A stretch of DNA of 45,618 bases from Candidatus Nitrososphaera maunauluensis (GTDB lineage: Archaea; Thermoproteota; Nitrososphaeria; Nitrososphaerales; Nitrososphaeraceae), in the NCBI GenBank assembly GCA_041156085.1, contig JBEVTH010000001.1, positions 7,553-53,170 on the forward strand, given 5' to 3'. The number at the start of each line of letters is the position of its first letter. Positions within the stretch are counted from its first letter, which is position 1. Of this stretch, positions 27,331-36,564 are shown one piece after another. Below the pieces are notes generated by a model. That model had not been told where the DNA came from and did no database searches. It saw nothing but the letters and a program-made list of their open reading frames with translations. Position numbers and translations under genes: made by a program.

Positions 27331-28413
27331 TTGAAAATCTGGTTTGATATTTTAACACCAAAACAGGTAATGTTTTTTAAACCTGTTGTAGATTTGCTCC
27401 GCGAGGATGGCCATGAAATACTTTGCACATCGAGGGATTACAGAGAGGCAGTACAACTAGCAAGGATCAAGCACCTCGATCTGAAAATTATCGGAAGACA
27501 CGGGGGAGCAGGGAAATATGAAAAGCTATATGAAAGTACAAATAGAACACTCAAGTTATCAGACATAATAAAGCAATTTGAACCTGATACAGCAGTTACA
27601 TTTTCATCTCCAGAAGGTTCAAGGGTTGCATTTGGACTCGGAATAAGACATATTGGGCTGAACGATTCACCTCATGCAGAATCTGTCGCAAAACTTACAA
27701 TTCCTCTGATGAATCACCTATTCTGTCCTTGGGTTATTCCATATTCTGCGTGGTTTGGATTCGGAATTTCAAAGAATAAGATAACAAAATATCGAGCATT
27801 GGACCCAGCTGCCTGGCTCAAACGATATCCAATATCTTCACCGCCGCTATCATCTGCAGTAATGGATAATCTAGATCTTGATAATCAGAAAAAGATTGTT
27901 TTGATAAGACTCGAAGAAGCAAAAGCTTCGTATATTGTAGACAAGAAGTTAGAAAGCAAAATTTTTATGATCGATGCTCTTGTAAAGGATCTGGCCAAGT
28001 CAGCTAACATAATTTTTCTTTGCAGATATGAAGATCAGCTAAAGGAAATTGCAGAAAGGTATGAAGGAAGGGCCCGTGTAATACAGCATGTAATTGATGG
28101 AACAGTATTGGTCTCCTTGGCTAATGTATTTATAGGAGCTGGCGGTACGATGACAGCTGAGGCATCTCTTCTTGGAAAACCCACTATTTCTATTGCACCA
28201 CTCCACTTTTATGTTGAAAAATACCTTCTTTCTTCGGGCTTAGTAAAAAGAGCCTGCAGCTCCAGAGATCTACTTCGTTTGACAAAGAAGATGATCGTAG
28301 ACAAAGATTACGCTGAAAAACAGAAAAAGAAGGCCAAGCACATCCTTGATGGTATGGATGATCCAGTACATAAAATACGCTTATTTTTAGAAAGGTCTTG
28401 GGTAAGATTATAA
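27331..28413 (+). CDS. DUF354-domain protein (GT-B/epimerase-like fold family of unknown function)
   Basis: The TTG-AAA start gives MKIWFDILTPKQVMFFKPVVDLLREDGHEI, matching the characteristic DUF354 N-terminus (MKIW.DI......FF.P.I..L...GHEV). Also has C-terminal GAGGTMTAEA.LLG.PTIS. Confidence 0.7.
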   Translation: MKIWFDILTPKQVMFFKPVVDLLREDGHEILCTSRDYREAVQLARIKHLDLKIIGRHGGAGKYEKLYESTNRTLKLSDIIKQFEPDTAVTFSSPEGSRVAFGLGIRHIGLNDSPHAESVAKLTIPLMNHLFCPWVIPYSAWFGFGISKNKITKYRALDPAAWLKRYPISSPPLSSAVMDNLDLDNQKKIVLIRLEEAKASYIVDKKLESKIFMIDALVKDLAKSANIIFLCRYEDQLKEIAERYEGRARVIQHVIDGTVLVSLANVFIGAGGTMTAEASLLGKPTISIAPLHFYVEKYLLSSGLVKRACSSRDLLRLTKKMIVDKDYAEKQKKKAKHILDGMDDPVHKIRLFLERSWVRL

Positions 28414-28446
28414 AGATAGTAAAATATATACGGGAATACGCCCGGG

Positions 28447-28541
28447 AGCCCGGTGGAGGAATAACAGATTCCGCCGACTGTAGTGGCCAAGCATAGAGGC
28501 CTTTGGAGCCTTTGACCCCAGTTCGAATCTGGGCCGGGCTA
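28447..28541 (+). tRNA. tRNA-Gln (anticodon UUG) with a 22-nt non-canonical intron in the D-arm
   Basis: Exon 1 is 28447-28456 (AGCCCGGTGG) and exon 2 is 28479-28541. The spliced 73-nt product has a perfect 7-bp acceptor (AGCCCGG/CCGGGCT), D-arm GTGT-AGTGGCCAA-GCAT, anticodon arm GAGGC-CTTTGGA-GCCTT, and T-arm CCCAG-TTCGAAT-CTGGG. The BHB fold is described in the findings. Confidence 0.8.
28457..28478 (+). other. tRNA intron (bulge-helix-bulge type) within tRNA-Gln, between mature positions 10 and 11
   Basis: AGGAATAACAGATTCCGCCGAC. The intron hairpin is GGAAT/ATTCC. The central 4-bp helix is CGGT (28451-54) / GCCG (28473-76). The 3-nt bulges are GG|A and AC|T. Confidence 0.7.
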
Positions 28542-28929
28542 TCTTTTTGACATCGTGGTAATCAGTAGTACAATCACACCTAATTACGATAAGGAATTTT
28601 TCATTATAAAATGTATCATAACACAGAGTTGACAGAAATGGATTAGTATCTGAGATCATCTTCCAGAATCTATACTAGGAGATAAAGGACCATTTTATTT
28701 AACTGAGGTTTAGCCAGACATACAAGTGACACTAATCTTCCAACTATAATTATTGAGAATGATATGACTTCAAAATTACATGAAAATTTTATCAATTACT
28801 GTCGTATTCTATTGTACAAACAGTTAATCTGATTTGGGGATGGACAGCCAAATACCAGGATGCCATACTATTAAGTATATGGTGACCAAAGAATTTTAGT
28901 GTGTTGTTCACTGGTCAAATTCAACATCG

Positions 28930-30408
28930 TTACGCATTCAGGTAGTTTTCTGTGGATTTTGCAAGGTTATCAAATGCTACTGCGATAGATCTCTTGCGTT
29001 TAGACACTCCTTCCCTATACCCAGCTAACTTACGATATGAAGAGCTAATCATATCGTGCTGCTCCTTTGGATTAGGTGATCCAGATGAGATTCGTAATTC
29101 AAGGGATTTATTCGGAGTCAATTCTCTTATAATTTGTATTAGTTCTGCTGGTTGAAGATTGGATTCAATCTTTTTCAATACATCATCGATATCCTCTTTC
29201 TGCAACATAGTGAATTCAATATTATTCTTACTTACAGCCTTTTCAACAAGGGCTCCTACAACTTTATGAGCAGATCGAAATGGTATTCCCTTCTTCACCA
29301 CAAGCTGTTCTGCTATATCAACAGAGATTGCATAACTATTACTCGCCGCCTGTTGCATCCTCTCTTTGTGTATATAAAGTGATTTTACTAAGTCAGTCAT
29401 TATCTTTAAGGATTCAAGTGCGGCAGTTGACATCTTCCATAATGTTGGCTTCAACTCCTGTAGATCTCTGTTGTATCCTGATGGCAGAGATTTTACTGTT
29501 GAGAACATAGTTACCAAATTACCTATCATTAATGCTGTTCTCGCTCTGATAACTTCCAACACATCAGGGTTCTTTTTTTGTGGCATTGCACTTGATGTTG
29601 AACTATATTTGTCAGCAATATCGATGTAGCCAAATTCAAATGTAGACCAAATTATAAAATCCTCTGCCATCCTGCTTAATGTAATCATTAAGATAGAAAG
29701 TGCTGAAACAAATTCTATGAGTGAATCACGAGAAGTGGTGGCATCAACAGAGTTTTTTATTAATCCATCGAAACCTAGGAGAAAAGCAGTTATCTTCCTA
29801 TCTATATTAATACTTGATCCGCCTATTGCACATGCGCCGAGAGGTGACTGATTGATTCTTCCATATGAAAGATAGAGTCGATCCATATCTCTGAAGAGTG
29901 CATCTCCATAGGATAAAAGAAAGTGAGAGAAACTTCCGATCTGCGCTTGTTGCAAATGTGTATACATTGGCATCACAGTTTCTTTATTTTCGTTTGCTTT
30001 TTCTAAAAGTGAATCGATTAAATCAATAACTGCATTGCAAATATCATTAATCTCGTCTCTAATCTTCATTCGGATGTCGAGTATTACTTGATCATTTCTG
30101 GAACGTGCAGTATGCATTTTCCCACCTGAATCATTACCTGCATGTTTTATCACAAATGCTTCAACTGATTCATGAATATCTTCATAGTCGTCAGGATATA
30201 GAACGTTAGGATTTTTTTTTACTTCCTCCAATGCTTTCAGAATTTTCTTCAAATCAACCAGGGTCAAAAAGCCAATCTCATACAACATAATGGAATGTGC
30301 TTCGCTACCAAATACATCATAAAGTAATATAACACTGTCGTCGCTCATCGAAGATAGAAACTTGAATGCATATTTGTCAAGCTCAAATCCAGATCTTGAT
30401 CTATACAC
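28930..30408 (-). CDS. argH: argininosuccinate lyase
   Basis: Fumarate-lyase superfamily signature SSAMPQKKNPD, plus TARSRNDQV and YTHLQQAQ motifs typical of ASL. 492 aa, GTG start. Confidence 0.95.
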   Translation of the reverse strand: MYRSRSGFELDKYAFKFLSSMSDDSVILLYDVFGSEAHSIMLYEIGFLTLVDLKKILKALEEVKKNPNVLYPDDYEDIHESVEAFVIKHAGNDSGGKMHTARSRNDQVILDIRMKIRDEINDICNAVIDLIDSLLEKANENKETVMPMYTHLQQAQIGSFSHFLLSYGDALFRDMDRLYLSYGRINQSPLGACAIGGSSINIDRKITAFLLGFDGLIKNSVDATTSRDSLIEFVSALSILMITLSRMAEDFIIWSTFEFGYIDIADKYSSTSSAMPQKKNPDVLEVIRARTALMIGNLVTMFSTVKSLPSGYNRDLQELKPTLWKMSTAALESLKIMTDLVKSLYIHKERMQQAASNSYAISVDIAEQLVVKKGIPFRSAHKVVGALVEKAVSKNNIEFTMLQKEDIDDVLKKIESNLQPAELIQIIRELTPNKSLELRISSGSPNPKEQHDMISSSYRKLAGYREGVSKRKRSIAVAFDNLAKSTENYLNA

Positions 30409-30776
30409 AATTAATGGAATCGATTCGTTTTATTTTAACATTTTACATTCATATATGAACTGCTCTCCTTAACAGATGTTATCTCAGATAAATCAATGCC
30501 TAATAAGTAGCTTGATTAGCGAGCAATTTTGCAAGAATCTATTTGTACTTGGGAACAAACCATCATCAAACAGTAGTTTCAGGGAGTATATCTTTAAAAT
30601 TGTTAGATCTACGAGCGATCTTCCTGGAGTTTCAGCCTCATCTTTGCTTCAAGATAACTTTTTATAATTCTACCTCAGTTTACACTGCCAAATCTTTTGC
30701 TATTTTTCTGCACTATTTCTTCTATCCCTGTGCAATAGTTAAATAGGATTACACAAATTTAATAACAATAGTAATA

Positions 30777-31097
30777 ATGAGTCAAGACACGCAACACATC
30801 CGAAAACAGATATTTGACGAATTAACAAAGATTGTAGATCCTGAGATTGGCGTCTCTATAATGGAATTGGAGTTAGTTGACAAGGTTGATCTCGATGCTG
30901 GAAAAGTAAATTTAGATTTGCATTTAACAAGTCCTTTTTGCCCAGCTGTGTTCGGCTTTAAGATAGCACAAGATGTTAGGGATAATATTTACAAGCTTGA
31001 AGGAATTCAGGATGTTAAGGTTAACGTTAGCAATCACTTTATGGCAGAAGCAATCAACAAGCAGGTAAATGAAAGCAAACCTCCTACAAAACAATGA
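30777..31097 (+). CDS. DUF59/MIP18-family Fe-S cluster assembly protein (SufT/PaaD-like)
   Basis: L..I.DPE.GVSI.EL.LV......G.V...L.LTSPFCP is the DUF59 signature with the conserved Cys. Confidence 0.8.
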   Translation: MSQDTQHIRKQIFDELTKIVDPEIGVSIMELELVDKVDLDAGKVNLDLHLTSPFCPAVFGFKIAQDVRDNIYKLEGIQDVKVNVSNHFMAEAINKQVNESKPPTKQ

Positions 31098-31335
31098 TTT
31101 CAAAATTATAATGCAGCTCAGCCATACATGGTTATCGTAGTTATGTGAACCCACAATTATTCATTCATTCCCCTTCTGCCCTATTGCACTAAGACTGGCG
31201 AGCTACTTCCTTCCTCAACATTTTGATAATGGTTACAATATAGCCCGTAAAAAAGCACACAAGCCATATTAGTATTTGATATTAGGTTATATAACAGGCT
31301 TTAGATATAATTAAATTTATAACAAGTGATAATTA

Positions 31336-31848
31336 TTGAAAACTCCTATTTGTACCTTCGATGCAAAAACCGGCATATTATGTGCAAAATGCGAAACTAA
31401 GCTGCGGTTAGGACATTTGACTCATGCAGTTATAGAGGGAGCAATGAAAATTACAAAAATTGCAGAACATAATCAAGATATTAATAAATTCACTATGATA
31501 AGTGCCGCTAAGGTAGACGATGATTTCATCCTGATTCTCCGTGGTTCAGATATTATTGTTCTACGAACGAATACTACTCTTTCAAAAAAATTTCAGGATG
31601 AATTTGGCAGTAAAGTTTGGTTTGTCGAAGCAGAAGCAACCGATAGAAGGTTTATTGAAAATCTATTTTATCCCGCAAAGGTGCTCACAGTTAACTTAGT
31701 TTGGCTTCCTGACGGAAATAAATTAACCAAAGTAATAATTGCAGGTGGGAATCATTCCGAGTTAGAATTCAATATCGAAAAAATTAAAAAAATTGCCAAA
31801 GAAATTAGGAATATCGAGCTACTTGTAGAACTTCAGAAGCAAAAATAG
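31336..31848 (+). CDS. Zn-ribbon + KH-like RNA-binding protein (archaeal NusA-like/KH family), tentative
   Basis: The TTG-AAA start gives MKTPICTFDAKTGILCAKCETKLRLGHLT, an N-terminal CxxxxxxxxxCxxC knuckle that I associate with an archaeal NusA-like KH protein family. The rest was not diagnosable by eye. Confidence 0.45.
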   Translation: MKTPICTFDAKTGILCAKCETKLRLGHLTHAVIEGAMKITKIAEHNQDINKFTMISAAKVDDDFILILRGSDIIVLRTNTTLSKKFQDEFGSKVWFVEAEATDRRFIENLFYPAKVLTVNLVWLPDGNKLTKVIIAGGNHSELEFNIEKIKKIAKEIRNIELLVELQKQK

Positions 31849-31859
31849 ATGTCAAAGTT

Positions 31860-33170
31860 ATGGTAGATATCATAAAAAGGTCTCATTTTGCTAACCAACT
31901 TAATGAAAATTTAATTGGTCAAACCGTAAGAATTGGAGGTTGGATAGAAGATACCAGAGACATTGGTAGACTTGCATTTCTAATAATCAGAGATGTAACT
32001 GGTACTGTTCAAGCAATCGTAGCTGGTGAGAGAAATTTGCAGGTTTTAAAAACTATTCCAAGACAGAGCGTCGTTATCATATCTGGGTTAGTTCAAAATA
32101 GCAGAGCTAAAGACTTTCCTATAGAAGTCAAGGTAGATGAGTTAATCGTCCTTTCGAGATCAGTTCATCCTCTGCCTATAGATGTGACAGGAAGAATAGA
32201 ATCAGCAATAGATAAACGATTGGATTCGAGGGCCCTAGATCTCAGAAGTCCCAAAATTGCTGCCATATTTCATCTCCGATCAGCAGCACTTCAGATTATC
32301 AGAAAGACTTTATGTTCAAAAGGGTTTATTGAAGTAAATACTCCAAAAATCATTGGGGCAGCTAGTGAAGGTGGAGCAAATTTGTTCAGTTTTCCATATT
32401 TTAAAAAGAATGCATATCTAGCACAGAGCCCTCAATTATACAAAGAACAATTAACTCTTGCGCTTGACAGAGTTTTTGAAATTGGGCCATACTTTAGAGC
32501 AGAAAATTCGCACACTTTGAGACATCTTGCAGAATTTATTAGTGTTGACATGGAAGCAGCATTCGTCGACTATGAAGATATAATGGATATCGTAGAAGAA
32601 ATCATACAGGATATTATTTTAGGACTGAATGAAAAATACAATCCCTTACTTAAATTAGTGGGTGGTATCGAAGGAATTGCAGCTCCAATTCATAAATCTA
32701 CAAGAATTGACAGATTGACTTACGAACAGTGTTTAGAAGAACTAGATAGATGCGGTGAGGATCTAGAGTTTGGAGATGATCTTTCAGACTCGTCTCTCCG
32801 AAAACTTGGTGAAATTCATCAAGGATTTTATTTTATTACGGATTGGCCACTCAAATTAAAACCGTTCTACATACATGAAAAAGAAAATAATTCAAAGATT
32901 TCCAAGTCCTTTGATTTACAATATGGATATTTGGAAATAGTATCTGGCGGAAGGAGACAACACGATTCTTCAAAATTACGTGCAAGAGTAATAGAACAAG
33001 GTTTGAATCCACTGAATTTCTCAGAACACTTTAAGGCCTTTGATTGGGGGATGCCTCCACATTCAGGCTGTGGGCTTGGCTTCGATAGGCTAATGATGAT
33101 ATTGACCAACTCACAGAATATAAGGGAGGTGGTATTGTATCCTAGAGATACAGAGAGGCTCATGCCATAA
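31860..33170 (+). CDS. aspS: aspartyl-tRNA synthetase, archaeal/eukaryal type
   Basis: N-terminal OB fold (GWIEDTRDIGRLAFLIIRD.TG). Class II motif 2 (FRAE.S.T.RHL.EF) and motif 3 (GCGLGFDRL). Confidence 0.95.
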   Translation: MVDIIKRSHFANQLNENLIGQTVRIGGWIEDTRDIGRLAFLIIRDVTGTVQAIVAGERNLQVLKTIPRQSVVIISGLVQNSRAKDFPIEVKVDELIVLSRSVHPLPIDVTGRIESAIDKRLDSRALDLRSPKIAAIFHLRSAALQIIRKTLCSKGFIEVNTPKIIGAASEGGANLFSFPYFKKNAYLAQSPQLYKEQLTLALDRVFEIGPYFRAENSHTLRHLAEFISVDMEAAFVDYEDIMDIVEEIIQDIILGLNEKYNPLLKLVGGIEGIAAPIHKSTRIDRLTYEQCLEELDRCGEDLEFGDDLSDSSLRKLGEIHQGFYFITDWPLKLKPFYIHEKENNSKISKSFDLQYGYLEIVSGGRRQHDSSKLRARVIEQGLNPLNFSEHFKAFDWGMPPHSGCGLGFDRLMMILTNSQNIREVVLYPRDTERLMP

Positions 33171-33576
33171 TATGGCGTATATGTACCTCTTTTATTTGAT
33201 CATTTTTTTCAAAGACATACGCTTTATATTTATGTGTAGTGGTAGAATAGATTAACCATACTACTGGATTGATTTCCATGAATTTTTTGTCTGTCTTAGA
33301 TGGTAATGGTTCAGAAGGATGTGAATGGAATATTCCAACCACTTGCATGCCTTGCTCTTCTACCTTTTGATAAGTATTAATAAGGTCTTGCGAATCTATG
33401 CTGAAAGTAAGTGCTGATGCATCAAAATTTTTCATGACAACCAAATCCTCAACATAAAGTTTTTGTCCGTTAATCTTCCCTACTAAAAGTGCACACGATT
33501 CATTTGGTAATGATTTTTTTGCTAAGGAAACTAAATCGTTATGGTGTTGCCTAGTTAAAATAATCTTAGTTACCAT
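33160..33576 (-). CDS. JAMM/MPN+ metalloprotease (Mov34 family)
   Basis: Conserved Glu (NESCALLVG) and the JAMM motif HSHPSEPLPSKTD (HxHx7Sx2D). 138 aa. The 3' end overlaps aspS by 11 nt (convergent). Confidence 0.85.
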   Translation of the reverse strand: MVTKIILTRQHHNDLVSLAKKSLPNESCALLVGKINGQKLYVEDLVVMKNFDASALTFSIDSQDLINTYQKVEEQGMQVVGIFHSHPSEPLPSKTDKKFMEINPVVWLIYSTTTHKYKAYVFEKNDQIKEVHIRHIMA

Positions 33577-34024
33577 GCCCTATAACTTTTCCATGATGGA
33601 TAGACTGTATATTATTATTATTATTATTCTATAGCACAACAATTCAATATTATATTACTGGATAGTTACTATAATCGAATGAATTCTTCCTTAATTTTGT
33701 TGCGTTTTCATGAGTCAAATTGTGTTGCATTTGAATTATTCATCAAGATAACAATCTAGTTTTTTCTTCTCTCTTGTGCTGTTTTTATCCTTATAGATTC
33801 TAGAAGACTAATTACATATATGAGTCGGATATAATAAATCGCCTTATAGGGTAATTTTTATCTTGTTTATTTTATTATAATGGACACTCGGATCTGCAAT
33901 AGGCTAATGGTCTTCGTCTGAATCTTTAGCGCTCATTGATACATAGATATAATAATCTGATATATTTAACGCGCAAAACCGTCAAAGGGCTATTTTGTAT
34001 AATGAGGTTCAAAACAGCTGAAAA

Positions 34025-34354
34025 TTAAAACCAAGATCCCTTATCTTTGTGCGGTGTAAAGTGTTTCTCTATCTCTTTTAACCTTTCCATCGAGCCATCA
34101 TTATTTAGAAGAAGATTCGAGAAAGCCGACTGACTTCGAATTTTTTGTAAAATCGAAAGAACTTGTTCGTTTGTTACTCCATGCTTTATATCGTATTCTA
34201 TTTGTCTACATACGTTAGTTATGGTGCCATATCGATTATGCTGTCTTTTCTCCCATCTAGTAGCGTTAACTGATAATCCAGTTACGAACTTTACAATTAT
34301 TTTTTCTATGTGTTCAAGATGCCATTCTTTCATAGGAAAACTATTTTGTGCCAA
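34025..34354 (-). CDS. hypothetical protein (109 aa)
   Basis: ATG ORF isolated by intergenic regions of about 450 nt on both sides. No motif recognised. Confidence 0.45.
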   Translation of the reverse strand: MAQNSFPMKEWHLEHIEKIIVKFVTGLSVNATRWEKRQHNRYGTITNVCRQIEYDIKHGVTNEQVLSILQKIRSQSAFSNLLLNNDGSMERLKEIEKHFTPHKDKGSWF

Positions 34355-34824
34355 AAAAGGATCAAATTATGTATATTATACTGCACATATATACCATCGC
34401 CCAAACGTTATACAAGACTTCTTTTTTACTCGCAGCATAACTTTGGTGAACCAGATAACTAGAAAATAAAAATTTGTCCTACTGCTAATAGTATTTCTTA
34501 TTGCTCATCTAAAAACATTAATATCGCTATCCTTATCTATATCAAGTCAACTTAGTTGGATCATGTAAAAAGCCAGAATGTCACTGTTTCGAGTATTATT
34601 TTAAAATAGGATTTATTAACCTTAAAATAGAGATAATAACCCAAAGTTTGATAGGTTTTTGGCGAAGCTTTAGTGATTAGCGATGCAAATGTTAGATCAA
34701 TGATAAAAAAGCAAGAGTCTATTATATAGATAAAGTATTCATGTTTGTAAATTTATAACGCTGTTCGAATGTAATGCCAATGCCTTTGCTTTCAACCTGC
34801 AGCAAAGCAGATCTTATGGGCACG

Positions 34825-36063
34825 TCACTTGGTTACTGTGAACTTTGCAGTCATATAAGGATGGATTTGGCAATAATACTGCACCACGTCTCCTACCTTT
34901 ACACCTTTGAGCTGTTGTGGTGTCGAGGTTGAACCTGCGGTGATAAACTTTGTATCAAAAATCTTACCTGAATTTGGATCGGAAGCACCTGTTCCAGATG
35001 TCGCTGTATGAATAGTGTTGTCCTTATTCTGCCATGCTACTTTGTTACCAATAGGTACTTTACTATCCGCGGGGTCATAACTGGGATTTCCTTGAGTAGA
35101 AGCACCTGCCAAGATAGTTATGGATGTGGTGCCCGCTGGTACAGCAGTAGGCTTTGCATTTCCGCCCCCAGCTGCAGTAGGCGCATTACCACCAATCGGG
35201 GAGGTTTTTCCAGCAGCATTACCTATCATGAATTTAGCTCTCATAAATGGATGAATGGTGCAAAAGTAATCGTACTCTTTTTGAGTCAATTTACTTGTAT
35301 CAAGAGTAAATGTTTTTTTTGGCATAATCAACGAAGAATCAAATGACTTGCCCGTGTCCTTAAAACTTGTCACAGTGTGAGGAACATTATCATTATTTGT
35401 CCATTGTATACCTGCCCCTTTAGGAACACTAAGGTCCTTTGGGTTAAAATTAGGATTACCTTTAGCAGATGCACCAGGCAAGATTGTCACCTTTACTACC
35501 TGTGACAACTTTGGAGGAGCTGCTTGTCCAATAGTGGCGTTTCCTCCTCCCCCTCCACTAGTTTGTGGGGCAGCTGGAGTCTTTGGACTAACCAATCCAA
35601 ATATATAAAAACTAGCACCACCCACTATTGCACTTCCAATAAAAATAACTGCAAGTGCTTTGATATACGGTGTTCTTCTATACGATGCAACGGTTAGAAC
35701 TGCCGCTGGAATTGAAATGATCATCATTAATCCAATGTATGCGAATATACTTGGAACTTGCGCACTTACTGTTACGGCAGCAGCGACTCCAAAGGTTACA
35801 AGAAAGCCTAGTGTAATGAAAGTAGCAGACTTTGCTCGCCCTGTTGATGGAAAACCATCTTTAAACAAACCAGACGCAAGGAAAATCATGCCAATGAACA
35901 TAGTTAATAGTGAAACAGCATGCATTCCTTCCAAAAATGTCTTTGCTATACCAGCAAGTGAAATTCCGACACCAACAATTCCAATTGATGTAAGACCTAT
36001 TCCAGGTGTGAGCAAATCCCAGTCAGTCAATGTTTCTAACAACTCTTGGAAGAATTTTGACAT
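34825..36063 (-). CDS. membrane-anchored protein with two type-1 (blue) copper cupredoxin domains (plastocyanin-like)
   Basis: The N-terminal ~160 aa has 4-5 TM helices. Gly/Ala/Pro-rich linkers follow. There are two cupredoxin modules with full ligand sets: NVPHTVTS...YFCTIHPFM and NTIHTATS...YYCQIHPYM (His, Cys, His, Met). Confidence 0.85.
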   Translation of the reverse strand: MSKFFQELLETLTDWDLLTPGIGLTSIGIVGVGISLAGIAKTFLEGMHAVSLLTMFIGMIFLASGLFKDGFPSTGRAKSATFITLGFLVTFGVAAAVTVSAQVPSIFAYIGLMMIISIPAAVLTVASYRRTPYIKALAVIFIGSAIVGGASFYIFGLVSPKTPAAPQTSGGGGGNATIGQAAPPKLSQVVKVTILPGASAKGNPNFNPKDLSVPKGAGIQWTNNDNVPHTVTSFKDTGKSFDSSLIMPKKTFTLDTSKLTQKEYDYFCTIHPFMRAKFMIGNAAGKTSPIGGNAPTAAGGGNAKPTAVPAGTTSITILAGASTQGNPSYDPADSKVPIGNKVAWQNKDNTIHTATSGTGASDPNSGKIFDTKFITAGSTSTPQQLKGVKVGDVVQYYCQIHPYMTAKFTVTK

Positions 36064-36186
36064 AATTAATCTTTTCTAGTTTTTATTCACAAGAGTTTTG
36101 ATCTACTAAGAATTGTTATCTGAAATATTAAGATACAAAAGTGTCAAGTCTCAAAATTAGCGTTTTGAATGATACTAGCACATTTT

Positions 36187-36564
36187 TTATTTCATTTCCA
36201 TGGCGACTTTTAATTGTGCATCACATTTACCATTTCGTAACTTCGTGCTTAACCATGAAACAAACTTATCTTCAAATTTTTTACCTCGTGAACCATCAAT
36301 TTCGTTGGAATTTATCTCCCATAGTTTTTCTACGAACTGTCCAGAAAGAAACAACTTGGCAAATGACCATCCGGCACTGGAAACAGGATTATCTAAAGTG
36401 AAAGTATAACAATCATTAGAAAAATTACATATTTTTTGATAATGAGAGAGGATCTCTATTGCAATTTTAGAATCTGATTCAAAATTAATAGTCTGAAAAT
36501 CCAGTATGAATGTACCTATATAGCTGCCATTCTTATTTTTATTAGTCATCAGTTTTTTCTTCAT
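36187..36564 (-). CDS. hypothetical protein (125 aa), distal gene of the rtcB operon
   Basis: The ORF overlaps the upstream gene's 3' end by 23 nt (8 nt if the second ATG at 36549 is used). No family recognised. Confidence 0.5.
   Translation of the reverse strand: MKKKLMTNKNKNGSYIGTFILDFQTINFESDSKIAIEILSHYQKICNFSNDCYTFTLDNPVSSAGWSFAKLFLSGQFVEKLWEINSNEIDGSRGKKFEDKFVSWLSTKLRNGKCDAQLKVAMEMK

Noticed and set aside
28408-28659. 83-aa minus-strand ORF
   Set aside because: It is the antisense translation of the GC-rich tRNA-Gln gene (..RPRFELGSKAPKASMLGHYS..), so it is an artefact. The same applies to 21636-21845, which lies over tRNA-Pro.
33611-33628. (ATT)6 microsatellite in the 33577-34024 gap
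   Set aside because: Simple low-complexity sequence in AT-rich intergenic DNA, with no coding or structural context.
34783-34806. 7-bp hairpin CTTTGCT-(10 nt)-AGCAAAG just 3' of the cupredoxin gene
   Set aside because: No oligo-T tract follows it on the coding strand, so it does not look like an archaeal terminator. It is too short to argue for a structured RNA.
35660-36079. 139-aa plus-strand ORF. Similar long antisense ORFs occur at 13015-13410, 25600-25869, 41701-42138, 19467-20135, 5191-5541, 29152-29510, 32867-33163 and 2242-2556.
   Set aside because: All lie entirely inside well-supported genes on the opposite strand and have composition-driven, motif-free sequences. They are shadow ORFs.
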